64,000 nt of DNA from Eledone cirrhosa (GCA_964016885.1 OZ024746.1:49166001-49230000), one strand, 5' to 3'; positions 1 to 15,257 are shown, counted from the stretch's first letter. The notes: generated by a model from the letters alone, not told the origin. A program made the numbers and translations.

Positions 1-52
1 TTTCCAAGGGTGAGAGCACTCAGTCCGTAGGACGAGTTTAGTTGCAACAGTG

Positions 53-102
53 ACAGGCTGAATGAGTTGGGGTCCAGAACCCAACGAAACTTAAGTACCT
101 GT
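53..102 (+). ncRNA. Minimal type I hammerhead ribozyme (PLE-type) with a 1-nt core insertion
   Basis: acagg CTGAATGA gttggg..cccaac GAAA cttaag TA cctgt. Stem III is the palindrome ACTTAAGT. Stem I is extended by 39-53 pairing with 108-122, and (TA)n follows. Confidence 0.75.
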
Positions 103-579
103 ATATCTCACTGTTGTAACTACATATATATATATACATATATGTGTGTGTGTGTGCGTGTGTGTGCGTGTGTGTGTGTGTGTAGTTAATAAATGAAACA
201 AACAAAACACATATATTTACCTGATTGTGATCTCGTGTTACGAACGAAAACGAATGAGATCTCGATATAAACAGATGGTTGATATATATGTTTTCATGTA
301 TGGTATTAGTAATACACTCAAACCACTGCAAGTGTCATATACATTGTTAACAGAATTACGTCCATTATCAAAATTGATGGTTAGACTTGATAAAATATAA
401 GTAAATGTTCTGAAAATGGAGAATAAGTTCTGTTTGCCAATAATGTCAATGACACCGGAAGATGTTTCAGGGTATTACAAATATTATGTGTTAGAATATA
501 TATATATATTATTAAAATAACAGATTAAAGTTTAAGCAAAGAATCGCTGCTTTGGATTAAACTTCAAATTTATTATTAT

Positions 580-632
<53 letters not shown>

Positions 633-635
633 TAT

Positions 636-683
<48 letters not shown>

Positions 684-685
<2 letters not shown>

Positions 686-3600
686 TTCTTTATTAGCCAC
701 AGGGGCACAAAAGAAGGGGACAAATACAAAGGGGGAAGTTTCCATACAATAAAAACGTGTAAAATGTTATCACAAATGGAATTTAAAAATTAGTCGATTT
801 TCCCCAATAGAGGGAGACAGTTTATATGGGTAACACATACCCCCGAAAAAAAATGTGAAACCCTCATCTCCAGGAGTACGAAGAGCTTGTACTCCTTTCC
901 TCTCCTCCTCCTTTTCCTCAACCTACAGGCTGATATAGAGAGAAGGCCCATTTACTCGGGCCATTCTCGCCACTTTCACCCACCTTTCATAAAACTTGCT
1001 GGGGTACAGCACCTCTCTCTCCATCCTGATTCTTCTTCCAAAGTGGTATTTGAAAAAAAGAATCAGTTGTTGGCCGGAGAGAAAGGTGTCTGACCTCAGT
1101 CCTTTCAACCTTGTCCACCATACAACCTCTTTCGCCATAGCTATCACACAAAGGAAAACCGCCTCTCCTTCGTTTTTGAAGGAGGGTGGCGGTTTGATCA
1201 TGATAATGGACTCGGTGGTCAACTGGATTGGTCCCACCCGCGACAATAGTCGTTCTACATAGCCCCACAGGTCAGTGACGCCCGGGCAGTGTATGAATGC
1301 GTGCGCGACGGTTTCTTCGTCTCGCACGCACCTCGGACAGATCTTTTTTGCAGGGTCCCTGCCCGGGCGCCCATGTCTGTAGAGCTTGTCTCGAACTGGT
1401 AGAGCTCCTCGGTAGCACTGCCAGGCCAGGGACTTTTGGAAGTTGTCCATCGGTCCCGGGCGGAAGGTCCTACCGAACAGACTGGCCAGTTCATCTTCCT
1501 CTACGCCTAGAGTTTCACCGAGCGCGTCGTCGCACTTGCTGCGGACCAACCCTCTATAGAATGACGAAGTGGAGTCTCCACTGATCGCCGGGTCCGCCTG
1601 CCAGAGGGCTGTGAGCGGCTGAGCACATTTGATGTGCCAGTCGCCCAGTTTCCTCGGTCTTTGCTTGACCCAGGACTGCAGCTCGGTCAGCGAGACGAGT
1701 CGTGGGAAGGCTCGCCTCACGAACGGGGCCCACACCGGTTGTCCGGTGAGGAATACGTAGAGATGCCGCAGCCTGAGCGCGTGTTTGCGCATCGTCAACC
1801 ACGGCATCCCCAGCACCTTAGAAGGGTGTTGGCAGCAGATGGATCTTCTCACCAAAGGAGCCCGCCTCTTCCAAAAGAATCGGAAGAGCGCGCGCTCCAT
1901 TTTGGCGAGCGTTTTGGCTGGACAAGGCACGACGGTCAAGCGGTAGTAGATGGCGGACGCTATAAAAGTGTTCGCCACCTCCGCTCGACCTTTCAAGGAT
2001 AGTTTACACTCGGCCCACTTCTGGGTGAGTGCAAACACCTTGGCCGTCACTTCGTTCCAGTTCTTCTCCACCTGGAGGTCCGGACCAAACCAGACACCGA
2101 GCAGCTTTACCGGTCCTTCCGTCCAGCGTCCGACGACGCCATCGGAAGGCATCGGTCTGCCTCTCCACGATCCGAGTTTCAAACCGATGTACTTGTCCCG
2201 GTTCAGCTTCGCTCCTGTGAGACTTTCGTATTCCTTTAGTAAGGTGCCGACTTCCTCTATTTGCGAGGTGCTCGACACCGTTACTGTCACGTCGTCGGCG
2301 TAGGCCGACGCCGCTTTCCGCAGTCCCGGTTCCAGAGGGATGCCCTGCAATAGCTCCAGCTTCCGCAGTAGTGGCTCGAGAGTCAGTACGTACAGAAGGG
2401 AGGAGAGAGGGCATCCCTGTCGAATGGATCGCGTAATATGGAACGGCTCCGAGAGGTAGCCGTTCACCTTGACCCTTGAGCAGATGTTGCTGTTGTGCAT
2501 TGCAGCAATCCAGACCCTGAACACGGGTCCGAAGCCTGCCGCCTCGAGCACCGCATCCAGGTAACGATGGTCAACCCTATCGAAAGCCTTAGACTGATCC
2601 AAGTTGATCAGGGCCCCACCGAAGCCGGGTTTACACCCTACCCTCTCTATGATGTATCGCATGAGGTGGAGGTTGTCGTGTATGGACCTGGTCGGGATTG
2701 CGCATGTCTGCGCTTCTCCCACCAGGTTCTCGACGACAAACGCCAGCCTCTTTGCCAACATCTTGGCCAAAATCTGTAACTCTGTGTTTAGCAGAGTTAT
2801 GGGCCGGAAGTTGCCTATGTCATCCCCCTTATTCTCGTCCTTCCTGATTAGTGTGACCACGTCCCCGGTTACAGAACTGGGAATTCTCCCGTTCTGTTGC
2901 CAGTTGCAGTAGACCGCTTCCAGGAGACCGGAGAATAAGTCCGGCATTGCTACGTAAAATTCGTAGGGTAGACCGTCGAGACCTGGAGATTTGCGTTTGA
3001 CGCATTGGCTCAGCGCGTCCCCTATCTCAGTGGCTGAAATCGGCTTTTCGCAGAACTTTGCCTCGCTGTCCGAGAGTCGCGGTAGGCCGTCGAGGTATGG
3101 ACCGAAATCCATAGCCTCTCCCGGCGCGCCGCTCCCCCCGAACAGCCGAGCGAAGTGCCGCTGAAAAGCCGCACACATCTGCTTCGGCTCACGTTCACGC
3201 GTCCGTTTTGGTCCCTCAAAGAGCGAATCGTGGACTTGTTGCCACTTTTTGCCTCCGTCACTCGGGCCCAGCTAACAGCTTTGGCTCCCTCGTTTCCCAG
3301 AGCACGTATTTTGCTTCTGACAACGCAGCCCTCGTGCTTTGCGTCGAAGAACTGATCCAAGGCCGTTCTCGTTGCTAGCACGCTGGCTACGTTGCCACTT
3401 CTAATTGCCTCTTCTACTTTATCTACCAGTTCCTTCTCGGTTCTATTTCTATCTAACGCTAATTCTTTACTAAAAACTATCGAGTCTAATCTAACTGCCC
3501 TCTTGAGAGAGTACCACCATCTGTTGTTGACAATGGCCCCTGTCAAGTGCTGTTTAACTAAAGTGCTAATCCGTCTACTGTAGGCTTTGCTTGTCGGTAA

Positions 3601-4254
3601 CGACAAGTTCAGCTTCCAGTAGCCGGGTCCTTGTCTATGGGTTCTATCAAGGTTGGCCATGCAGGTCACTAGTTTGTGATCTGAATAGGCAACCATGAAC
3701 ATTTGTGGACAGCTTAACATGTCCCTATCCTTATTTCTAACTAGAACCCTATCTAGGTACGATCTAGATGTTCCGCTACGATTACTCCACGTCCACATTG
3801 GCGCAGTCGGAAAATCTAGTCGATATCTATCGGCCAGGTCAAATCGGTCGATTAACTGTTTGAGGCTGTTACACCCCCCTTTATCGGGACATGCTCCCAC
3901 ATAGTCCCAACGTGCATCTAGGATTCCATTCCAGTCCCCCACTAAAAGCAAGGAGCGGGACGTTCCCAGAAAAGTCTCTAGACGTTTGAAGAAGTCTGGT
4001 CATGGGGGCCAGCTGTCGCTCGCCGTGGATCCTGGACTCGCAAATGGCTACCACATCCATACTGTGCGACCTGGGGTCGTTTAAGAGTTTGCCCTGTTTC
4101 CAGGGCATCCCCAGGCCGCGTACATTCACACATCCGACTCTTATATTGGCCATGTTGGTGCTGAAAAGTTAAAAGAGGAAAAGAGATCACTCACTCTTCG
4201 CCTCCTGGGGACCAGGCCGCACGATTTCCATGGGGGTGTTGGAGGGGTTGTCTG
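684..4254 (-). mobile_element. Tx1/L1-clade non-LTR retrotransposon copy A, 5'-truncated at the end of ORF1, with an internal deletion in APE
   Basis: APE motifs (GCVNVRGL, GDWN, SYLDR, SDH) and RT motifs (KSPGLDG, FRPITLLN, DQSKAFD, QGCPLS, YADD), plus a C-terminal CX2C-X7-HX3-C. The 3' end reads AATAAAGAAA then (TCTA)n, and (GATA)n lies on both sides. Confidence 0.95.
923..4153 (-). pseudogene. ORF2 (APE-RT) of copy A, broken into 3881-4153, 3022-3951 and 923-3178
   Basis: The three ORF pieces are collinear with ORF2 of copies C and E. There is a frameshift near 3190 and a deletion near 4004. Confidence 0.93.
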
Positions 4255-4298
<44 letters not shown>

Positions 4299-4299
4299 T

Positions 4300-5868
4300 A
4301 TTTCTTTATTAGCCACAGGGGCACAAAAGAAGGGGAAAAATACAAAGGGGGAAGTTTACATACAATAAAAACGTGTAAAATGTTATCACAGTTGGAATTT
4401 AAAAGTTAGTCGATTATCCCCAATAGAGGGAGACAGTTTATATGGGTAACACATACACCCGAAAAAAAATGTGCAACCCTCATCTCCAGGAGTACGAACA
4501 GCTTGTACTCCTCTCCTCTCCTCCTCCTTTTCCTCAACCTACAGGATGATATAGAGAGAAGGCCCATTCACTCGGGCCATTCTCGCCACTTTCACCCACC
4601 TTTCATAAAACTTGCTGGGGTACAGCACCTCTCTCTCCATCCTGATATCTTCTTCCAAAGTGGTATTTGAAAAAAAGAATCAGTTGTTGGCCGGAGAGAA
4701 AGGTGTCTGACCTCAGCCCTTTCAACCTTGTCCACCATACAACCTCTTTCGCCATAGCTATCACACAAAGGAAAACCGCCTCTCCTTCGTTTTTGAAGGA
4801 GGGTGGCGGTTTGATCATGACAATGGACTCGGTGGTCAACTGGATTGGTCCCACCCGCGACAATAGTCGTTCTACATAGCCCCACAGGTCAGTGACGCCC
4901 GGGCAGTGTATGAATGCGTGCGCGACGGTTTCTTCGTCTCGTGCGCGACGGCTTCTTCGTCTCGCACGCACCTCGGACAGATCTTTTTTGCAGGGTCCCT
5001 GCCCGGGCGCCCATGTCTGTAGAGCTTGTCTCGAACTGGTAGAGCTCCTCGGTGGCACTGCCAGGCCAGGGACTTTTGGAAGTTGTCCATCGGTCCCGGG
5101 CGGAAGGTCCTACCGAACAGACTGGCCAGTTCATCTTCCTCTACGCCTAGAGTTTCACCGAGCGCGTCGTCGCACTTGCTGCGGACCAACCCTCTATAGA
5201 ATGACGAAGTGGAGTCTCCACTGATCGCCGGGTCCGCCTGCCAGAGGGCTGTGAGCGCCTGAGCACATTCTATGTGCCAGTCGCCCATTTTCCTCGGTCT
5301 CTGCTTGACCCAGGACTGCAGCTCGGTCAGCGAGACGAGTCGTGGGAAGGCTCGCCTCACGAACGGGGCCCACACCGGTTGTCCGGTGAGGAATACGTAG
5401 AGATGCCGCAGCCTGAGCGCGTGTTTGCGCATCGTCAACCACGGCATCCCCAGCACCTTAGAAGGGTGTTGGCAGCAGATGGATCTTCTCACCAAAGGAG
5501 CCCGCCTCTTCCAAAGGAATCGGAAGAGCGCGCGCTCCATTTTGGCGAGCGTTTTGGCTGGACAAGGCACGACGGTCAAGCGGTAGTAGATGGCGGACGC
5601 TATAAAAGTGTTCGCCACCTCCGCTCGACCTTTCAAGGATAGTTTGCACTCGGCCCACTTCTGGGTGAGTGCAAACACCTTGGCCGTCACTTCGTTCCAG
5701 TTCTTCTCCACCTGGAGGTCCGGACCAAACCAGACCCCGAGCAGCTTTACCGGTCCTTCCGTCCAGCGTCCGACGACGCCATCGGAAGGCATCGGTCTGC
5801 CTCTCCACGATCCGATTTGCAAACCGATGGACTTGTCCCGGTTCAGCTTCGCTCCTGTGAGACTTTCG
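4300..5868 (-). mobile_element. Tx1-like copy B, 5'-truncated, nearly identical to the 3' part of A
   Basis: Aligns by eye with 684-2230 and carries a short tandem duplication near 4920-4960. (GATA)n lies at 4255-4298 and 5869-5900. Confidence 0.95.
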
Positions 5869-6115
5869 TAGATATATAGATAGATAGATAGATAGATATA
5901 TTTCTTTATTTACCATAAAGGCATAAACAGAAGGGACAAATACAAAGGGGGAGTTTACCTCCAATCGAGTAAAAAGGGTATAAAATGAAAATAATCGAAA
6001 ACAACCTCAAAAGGGAGGGGACGTGATGGGGGTTGCACACACCCCCGAAAAAGTGTGCAATCCTTTACCCGGGGAGCACCTTCTCCATGTGCTCCCCTCT
6101 CCTTCACTTCTTTAC

Positions 6116-9100
6116 CTACAGGATGGTATACAGAGAAGGCCCATTTACACGAGCCATTCTCGCCACTATCACCCACCTTTCATAAAACTGCCTGTGGCCA
6201 AGCAACTCTCTCTCCATTCTTATCCTTCTTCCGAATTGATATCGGAAGAAGTAGACCAGACTATGGCCAGAGAGGAAGTTGCCTGACCTCAGACCTTTCA
6301 ATCGTGTCCACCAAACAACCTCTTTCAACATGGCTATTACGCACAGAAAAACCGCCTTTGCTTCCTTTGTGAAGAGGGGAGGCGGCTTGATTGTCATCAT
6401 GGACTCGGCTGTCAATCGAATCGGCGCCACCCGCGACAGCTGTCGTTCGGCGTAGCCCCACAGATCATCCACGCCCGGACATTGCACCAATGCGTGCGCA
6501 ACGGTTTCTTCGGGACGCACGCATCTAGGGCAAATCTTTTTCGAGGGATCCCTGCCCGGGCGCCTGTGTCTGTAGAGCCTCTCTCGAACGGATAGAGCCC
6601 CCCGGTAGCACTGCCAGGCTAGTGACTTCTGGAAGTTGTCCATTGGTCCCGGGCCGAAAGTCCTACCGAACAGGCTGGCCAGTTCGTCCTCTTCGATGCC
6701 CAGCGACTCTCCAAGGGTGTCATCGCCCCTGCTAGCCACCAGCCCTCGATAGAATGATGAGGTGGATTCTCCACCGATGGCCTGCCCGCTTACCAGAGAA
6801 CCCTGAGCGCCTGGGCACACTCAGTGTGCCAGTCTTCCAGTTTTCCGGATCTTTGCTTGACCCAGGACTGCAGCTCGGTGAGCGAGACGAGTCTCGGAAA
6901 GGCTCGTTTCACCAACGGAGCCCACACCGGTTGACCAGTGAGGAATACCTGTAGGTGCCGTAGCCTTAATATGTGCCTACGCATCATCAACCACGGCATC
7001 CCCAGCCCTCCTTTCGAAGGTTGTTGGCAGCAGATGGATCTTCTCACCATAGGAGGGCGTTTCTTCCAAAGAAATTGGAAGAGCATGCGTTCTATGGGGG
7101 TGAGTGTTTCCTTAAGGCAAGGCACGACAGTCAGGCGGTAGTAAGTGACGGACGCTATGTAAATGTTCGCCACCTCCGCCCGACCTTTTAGGGACAGCTT
7201 ACACTTGGTCCATTTCTGGGTTAGTGCAAACACCTTGTTCGTAACCTCGTCCCAGTTCTTTTCCACCTGGAGGTCCGGTCCAAACCAGACCCCAAGCAAC
7301 TTCACCGTCCGGAGGCATCGGTCTGCCTCTCCACGTTCCGAGTTGCAGCCCGATGGATTTTTCCCGGTTCAGTTTCGCTCCTGACAACCTTTCGTAATCC
7401 TCTAGTAAGGTACCGATCACCTCGATCTCGGAGCCGGTCGATACCATTACTGTTACGTCATCGGCGTAGGCCGACACCGCTTTGCTCAATCCTGGTTCCA
7501 GGGGGATACCCTGCAACAACTCCAACTTCCTCAGTAAAGGCTCGAGAGTCAATACGTACAGAAGGGAGGAGAGAGGGCACCCCTGTCAAATGGATCGTGT
7601 GATTTCGAACGGCTTCGAAAGGTAGCCGTTCACCTTGATCCTAGAACAGATGTGGTTGCTATGTAAGGCAGTGATCCAGCCTCTGAAAACAAGACCGAAC
7701 CCAGCCGCCACTAGCACCGCATCCAGGTAACCATGGTCGACCCTATCGAAGGCCTTAGACTGATCCAAGTTGACCCGAAGCCGGGTTTGTTGCCAACCTT
7801 CCCTATGATGTATCGCATGAGGTGGAGGTTATCGTGAATGGACCTGGATGGGATAGCACATGTCTGCGCATCTCCCACCAGGCCACCCACGACAAGCGCC
7901 AACCTCTTTGCTAACACCTTGGCCAAAGTCTTTAACTTTGTGTTTAGCAGGGTTATGGGCCGAAAATTATTTATATTATCCCCCTTGTTCTCGTCCTTCG
8001 TCACCAGCGAGACTACGCCCTTGGCTACAGAACAAGGAATTCTCCCGTTCTGCTGCCAATTGCAGTAGACCGCTTCGAGGAGTTCGGAGAAGAAGACCGG
8101 CATTGCTAAATAAAGTTCGTAAGGTATACCATCGAGACCTGGAGATTTGCGTCTGCTGCATTGGCTCAGCGCATCCCCGATCTCATCAACCGAGATTGGT
8201 CCCTCGCAGGACTCTGCCTCTTCGCTCGAGAGACGCGGCAGGCCGTCGAGGTATGGACCGAAATCCATGTCCCCGCCCGGACCCTCGCCTTCCCCGAATA
8301 ATCGGGCAAAGTGCCTTTGAAAGGCCTCGCATATCTACTTAGGCTCCCGGATCACCCGTCCATCCTCGTCTTGCAAAGACCGGATGGTGGATCGATTTCC
8401 ACTCTTAGCTTCTGTCACGCGGGCCCAGCCAACGGCTTTGGCCCCCTCATTACCTAGAGCACGTATTTTACTTCGAATTACGCAGCCTTCGTGCTTTGCA
8501 TCGAAAACTGGTTCAAGGCCGTCTTCGATGCCAGCACTCTGGCCACATCTTCTCTCTTGATTGCCTCTTCTAATTTACCTGTTAATTCTTTCTCGTTTCT
8601 ATTCCTATCGGCAGCTAACATCTTGCTATAACTTATTGATTCTGTTCTAATCTCTCTTTTGAGAGATGCCCACCATCGGTTGTTGACGATTGCACCCGTC
8701 AACCTCTCCTTAACTAATCTGCTAATCCGGTTTCTGCAAGTCTCTTTTGCCGGTAAAGATAAATTAAGTTTCCAGTAACCGGGACCCTGTTTATGTGTTT
8801 TCTCGAGATTGACTACGCAGGTCACTAATTTGTGATCCGTATAGCCAACCGTGAGCATTTCTGGACAGCTTAATATGTCCCTATCCTTACTTCTAACTAA
8901 GAATCTATCTAAGTACGATCTAGATTGACCACTGTGGTTCGTCCAAGTCCAGGTTGGCACAGTTGGAAAATCTAGTCGATATCTATCGACCAAGTTAAAA
9001 CGGTCGAGTAACCCCTTGAGGCTGTTACACCCCCTCTATTAGGACATGCTCTTGCATAGTCCCAACGTGCATCTAGGATGTCATTCCAATCCCCCGATAG

Positions 9101-9511
9101 AAACAGGGAACGCGATGTTCCCAGAAAAGTCTCCAAACGCTGGAAGAAGTCGGGCCGTTCAGCTCCGAAAGGGGAGTAGACGGCGACCAGTCTCAAGGCC
9201 GCACCTTCACTACTGCCAACGTCTAGCACCAACAAACGACCCTCCGTGTCCGAGTGAACAACCTGTACGGCAAGACCCAGGTGTTTTTCCAGCAGTACGA
9301 CAACCCCACCCCCACCTCCAGGTTGACAGAGAGATGCATGCACCTCAAAGTCATCGAAGGTAGGAGCCAGCTGCCGCACGACGCTGATCCGAGTCTCACA
9401 GATAACCATTACATTTATACCACATGACCTGAGGTCATTTAGAAGCTTTGCTTTCTTCCAAGTTGAGCCCAGGCCACGTGCATTCAAACATCCTACTCTT
9501 AACACATCCAT
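6116..9511 (-). pseudogene. ORF2 (APE-RT) of copy C, multiple frameshifts
   Basis: Pieces 8972-9511, 8478-8993, 7711-8268, 7586-7768, 7199-7552, 6790-7305 and 6116-6820 carry APE and RT motifs in order. Confidence 0.92.
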
Positions 9512-9544
9512 GTGGGCGGCAAAGCCAAAGGAGGGTGTAGAGAC

Positions 9545-11424
9545 CTACCTTTCTGCTTCCCGGGGTTCGGGTCGCACGACTTCCATGGGGTCGGGGGTGT
9601 TGGGTGAAGGGGTGTCTTGTGGTGGTGTGGGGTCGTCAGTGTGTGGTGGGGTTGGGGTGTTTGGAGTTGTGTTGGGGAGGGGAAGGGGAGGGGGAAAGCT
9701 TTTTAGTAGGACGCGGTTTATGGGTTTGACAGAGGGTGGTCCTACGTCCTCCTTAAAATCCTTTTTTAGTTTTTGGTAGAGGTTCATTGGGATCTTTATT
9801 AGTTTTCTGAAGAAACAAAGTTTACACCTTCGGTTTGTACCGAAGGATTATTGTTTGAGTTCATTTAATTTATTATTGTTTCTGTTGATGTAAGTATAGT
9901 GTAATGTCTTTTTTTCGGATGGTGTGAGTGATTCGAAGAGGGGAGGGGCAGGTTTGGTTTTGTTTGTTGGTGGAGGGGTGTTTTGTGTTTTGTTGGATTG
10001 TGTTGACATTTGGGTAGGGGTTGTTTGGCCTTGTGTGTTTTGCACATGTTTTCTTTTTTTCCTTTTAATCTGTCTGAAGGACTCCGTTTCTTCCTCCGAA
10101 TTCGTTGGGTTATCTTCAGTGTTGGAGGGAAGAGGTATGTTTGCTGGTAATGTTTCCGTGTTGGTTTTCTTTGTGGGGGAGATGGATGTCACTATGTTAG
10201 ACTGTGTTGTGTGTTGTGGCTGCGGTGGTTGTGTTGTTTTATTGAGTGAGGGGTTGGGTGGTACTGTATTTTGTTTTTGGGTAATGTGTTGTGACTGTTT
10301 GTGTTGTGGTGGTGGTGTAGTTTTACTGAGGGACGGGTTGGTTGGGACTGAGTTTTGTTGTTTGTTTATCTGTTGTGGTGGTGGTGGAGCTGGTGTTGGT
10401 AGCAGGGTTTTCTTTTTGTTGAGTTGGGGACAAGCCGCCTTCAGGTGCCCTCTGCCTGCACAGATATGACAGGACGGCCTTCTCCCCTCCACGCTAATGT
10501 TTATATACCCATGGCCCTCTAATAGGATTCTGTCGGGTATTTGGGCGATGCGCTCAGGCTTCATTTGCACTACAAGTTCTATACCTGTTCCACTGAACGC
10601 ATTGCCTGTGGTTTTCCCAATGGAAATCACGTTGTCATTCGCTGGATCGATGAAGCCAGCTATGAGCCAGCAGTAGTCCACATCTGGCATCATTGCATCC
10701 AGCCATATGCGCTGAGTTCTTTTACCCATATAAGATGGATAAAAGGTAAAATTTTTCGAACGAATCGGTGACAAAGCACATTTTTTTGCCGCCGATTCGT
10801 TCTTCATAACAATCGCTAGGTTTCCATACAGTCTGTCTTTTCTTATGAAAGTGGTTTCATTAAGTACTTCTGTAAGTACTGCTTTGATTTCTGTTTGTGT
10901 TGGCTGTTCAGGTTTTTTAGAAATGTGCGGAAAACGACCGTCCGACTTTCAATGTCTTTGGTGAGTTCTTGAGGCATTTTTACCGATAAAATACCATTTT
11001 CTCCTTCAGTTATGTATTGTTTGGCGTCTGTAATTCTTTGTGCCACATCTGAAATATTTTCAGGTATATATGTCAAAGATTTATTTGTTGTTTGTGCAAA
11101 TGAAATATTATTGGTGTTGACTTTGTCGTCTGCTTTGCTTTCTGTTATGATGTTGTTTTCAAATGTTATTTTTGTGTTTGTCGTGTCTTTGTTTGTGGTA
11201 TTAATATTGTCATGCAATTATTCAAATTTTTTTTTTTCGTTGTTGGAATCAATGTCCAGATTTGTGTTTTCGTCATTTTTCTCCGCAGATTCGTCTGTTT
11301 TTATTTTATTTTTTCTTTCCTTCTCCATGACGTTAGTTGGGAAGGAAGGGGGGACTAAAGCGTGCGAGCTTACAACTCTTACCGCTGTCCCCCCACCACT
11401 ATTTTCCTTAGCTTCGTTTAACAT
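9545..11424 (-). pseudogene. ORF1 (gag-like, single CCHC knuckle, P/T/Q-rich C-terminus) of copy C
   Basis: CHICAGRGHLKAAC fits CX2CX4HX4C. The FYPSYMGKRT block matches FYPTYMGRRT in copy E. The ORF is split by stops and frameshifts. Confidence 0.85.
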
Positions 11425-11660
11425 TTCTGTCAGACGATTGAAATTTTTTATGCCACAAAATGTTTAAAAACAGGTTTTTCACCCCTGGGAGGGGCAAAGA
11501 TGAGCTGACCCACCGCCTGACAGTTCAGACGGGGGGTCAAGCTACACAATAGTATCAAAATTAAAATTGAACTTACAAAATTTCCGCAATAAATTTGAAC
11601 AAAACTTCTGCGCGAATTGAATTACATCTGCGCTGTAGAACAGACGACAGCTAGATTAAT

Positions 11661-12491
<831 letters not shown>

Positions 12492-13616
12492 GTATGTACA
12501 TACATAGGTAAATAAATAGATAGATAGTGTAAGAGTCGTAGTATATTACTGATACTTGTATAATGTAATACATTGTTCTATGTTATATCATTAGTTCTGC
12601 ATCTATAGTTATATTGTTGGTTCATCATGTTATATTGTTAAATGGTAAAATGCCACACAACCCTGTTATTCTGGCATCTGTGTAACATAAACATTATTTA
12701 TATCTCTTAACATTTTATAGTGTGAAAGTAATTACTTGAAGTAAATTGTTCAATTTGGATCTAAAGTAAGGGGAAGCGTCATCGAATATTTCATAATAAA
12801 TATACTGAATTCTTTGGTTTCCCTTATGAAATTTAATTAAAATATATATTAAATCCATAAAGACGGACATTATATGTACTACAAAGAAATATTTATTCAC
12901 TATTATTTAGGAGATTGAAAGAAGTGTGAGGGTAAGAAAGAAGCACATTAAAAACATGGATCGTGGGAATACTTTTAACGAAGTAGAAGAAAGCGTTGAG
13001 AGAGAGAGATATAAAAGTAGAGAGACAAAGAGAGAGGGAGAGAGAAGTAGTGAAGAAGAGGAACATAATAAATACGTGTAGTAATAATAATAACAACAGT
13101 AACAATAAAAACAATAATAAAATTAACAAAAGAATATTTATCTTTACGAGTAGCTGGATTCAAATGTGTCGCCGCAAACTAATACTATATTCTATTGATT
13201 ATATTGTGTTGTTCAATGGACCCAATTTAAAATTATATTTACCATGCATATAATAAAATGTTCTGGATTTCTTTCGCGTCATTTCTGAAACATAAATGAA
13301 ATATATATTGTAAATCTATAAAACATACAGCCTAAAACGTATTTCAAAGAAATATTAATTTCACTTCACTTATGGAACTCTATATACGTGACTGAAATTA
13401 ATTGCTTAATGAAAGTATTAGCAAACCAAAAAATTATTACATGAAATTTCTATTGCGTCACTGATTATACTTAAACTAAAACATAAAATACTTTTGCTTT
13501 TTTAATATTTTACTGGATTCAATCAAATGACTGCAGCTAGATTAGTGTACCGGCTTGGATTAGTTGATTATATTAACCACAGTACTTATCGTTCACTCTT
13601 TGTTGAACTGTTAAGT

Positions 13617-13985
13617 TCTTCTTCTTCTTCTTCTTCTTCTTCTTCTTCTTCTTCTTCTTCTTCTTCTTCTTCTTCTTCTTCTTCTTCTTCTTCTTCTTCT
13701 TCTTCTTCTTTGCCCACTTATTCCTGAGAGGGTCGCAGGGGCAGAGACCTCAGACAGTCCTTCCAGCGGGTCCTGTGAGAAGTAACTATCTCCAACTGAT
13801 CCAGCTGGATCTCAAAGATAGACTAGTCAAGCTCATAGATGTTATCCAACCATCTTGCTTGGAGTCTACCCATGGGTCTCCTGTCGGTTGGTTTCGCCCG
13901 TAAAATCTGTCCAGCGATTCTTTCACGAGACATTTTAAACACATGTCCATAGTATCGGCGCTGTGATCTCTCAAATCGGAAAATC
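13617..13985 (-). mobile_element. RTE-clade LINE 3' end with a (GAA)n tail
   Basis: RYYGHV.KM..RI..QIL..RPMGR..RWLD matches the RTE C-terminal motif. (TTC)n spans 13617-13709. Confidence 0.75.
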
Positions 13986-14084
13986 GGAGAAGTAGCGGCT
14001 CTAACTGTTAAGCTACCATACATAATCACAGACAGACGATACAAACTTAAACATGGATACACAAGCGCAGGCACACACATACCT

Positions 14085-14200
14085 GAGTGGTTTCTGCTAT
14101 TTCCATCTGTGAAACTCTACTTACAATGGATTGGTCAACCTAAAGTTATAATAGAAAACACTCAACGAAAGTGTCACAGAGCGGGAATGAACTCAGAATA
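14085..14200 (-). mobile_element. Degraded copy of a second tRNA-derived SINE family
   Basis: The minus strand has a B-box-like gagttcattccc followed by gtgttttctattataac...gaccaa..ttgtaagt, similar to a recalled octopus SINE. Confidence 0.45.
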
Positions 14201-14747
14201 TAATAAATATAAGCGTATTACAAAGCAATAGGAATTTCATTTCATTGAAAAATTTAGAAAGAAATCTTTAGTGAAATAGTGTACTGAAACGATGGAACGT
14301 AACTAAATTTGTATTCAACTTTAAAACGAAGAACTGTTAACGTAAAAGAAATACAGACCACACATACATACACAAACACAAAACGTATTAGAAATATAAA
14401 TCTCACTTCACTTACCAAAATGATAATGTATATCTTAAAGTAACTGTTTAATGAATATCTTTCAACTCGGATGTAAACAAAGTCGTTTATCGCGTCACTG
14501 ATTAAATTTAATGTAAATACATATATTATATATGTAAGGAATATACGTAATACAAAGAAATAGAAATTTCAGTAAAGCAACAAATTCTCAGAGAAATCGA
14601 TAAGAAACGTGCATTGAGAAATAAGTATACAAAACGAAAAATAAATAAAACAGTAACATGTAAATGTAGAAATAGAGGAAAAATGTATGATATAATATTA
14701 AAGGATATATTTGAGTGTCATACTGAGATATATAGACACCCACAAGC

Positions 14748-14830
<83 letters not shown>

Positions 14831-15001
14831 CATACACACACACATATATACATACACACATATATATATAGTAAGAGGTGTGTTAGTTGATAAGGTTCAC
14901 ATGCCTATAAACTAGGAATGTGTATACATTTATACTCGTTGGTGCAGTTTCGGTTACACGCTTTTATACAGATATATTTTAACATACGCACACATATATA
15001 T

Positions 15002-15143
<142 letters not shown>

Positions 15144-15184
15144 GAATTGAAAGGCAGTATATTAGAATTCCACCACATTCTATT

Positions 15185-15257
15185 TGTAACGCAAACCAAT
15201 TTATATACGTTTCGATTATATCTGTTTTGTCATCCTCAGATACGATCTCTTCAGACA
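15185..15257 (-). ncRNA. Hammerhead-like motif
   Basis: Minus strand reads tgt CTGAAGA gat..tatctg..cagata..atc GAAA cg...cg TT aca. Confidence 0.5.

Larger units (their letters stand above)
5901..11655 (-). mobile_element. Tx1-like copy C, apparently full length, diverged subfamily, disrupted
   Basis: Has a 5' UTR, ORF1 fragments (11424-9545), ORF2 fragments (9511-6116) and a 3' UTR ending AATAAAGAAA. (GATA)n lies at both ends. Confidence 0.93.

Noticed and set aside
4161-4194. 34-nt GT..AG mini-intron between ORF1 and ORF2 in copy A
   Set aside because: It is too short for typical splicing, and the AG is absent in copies C and E.
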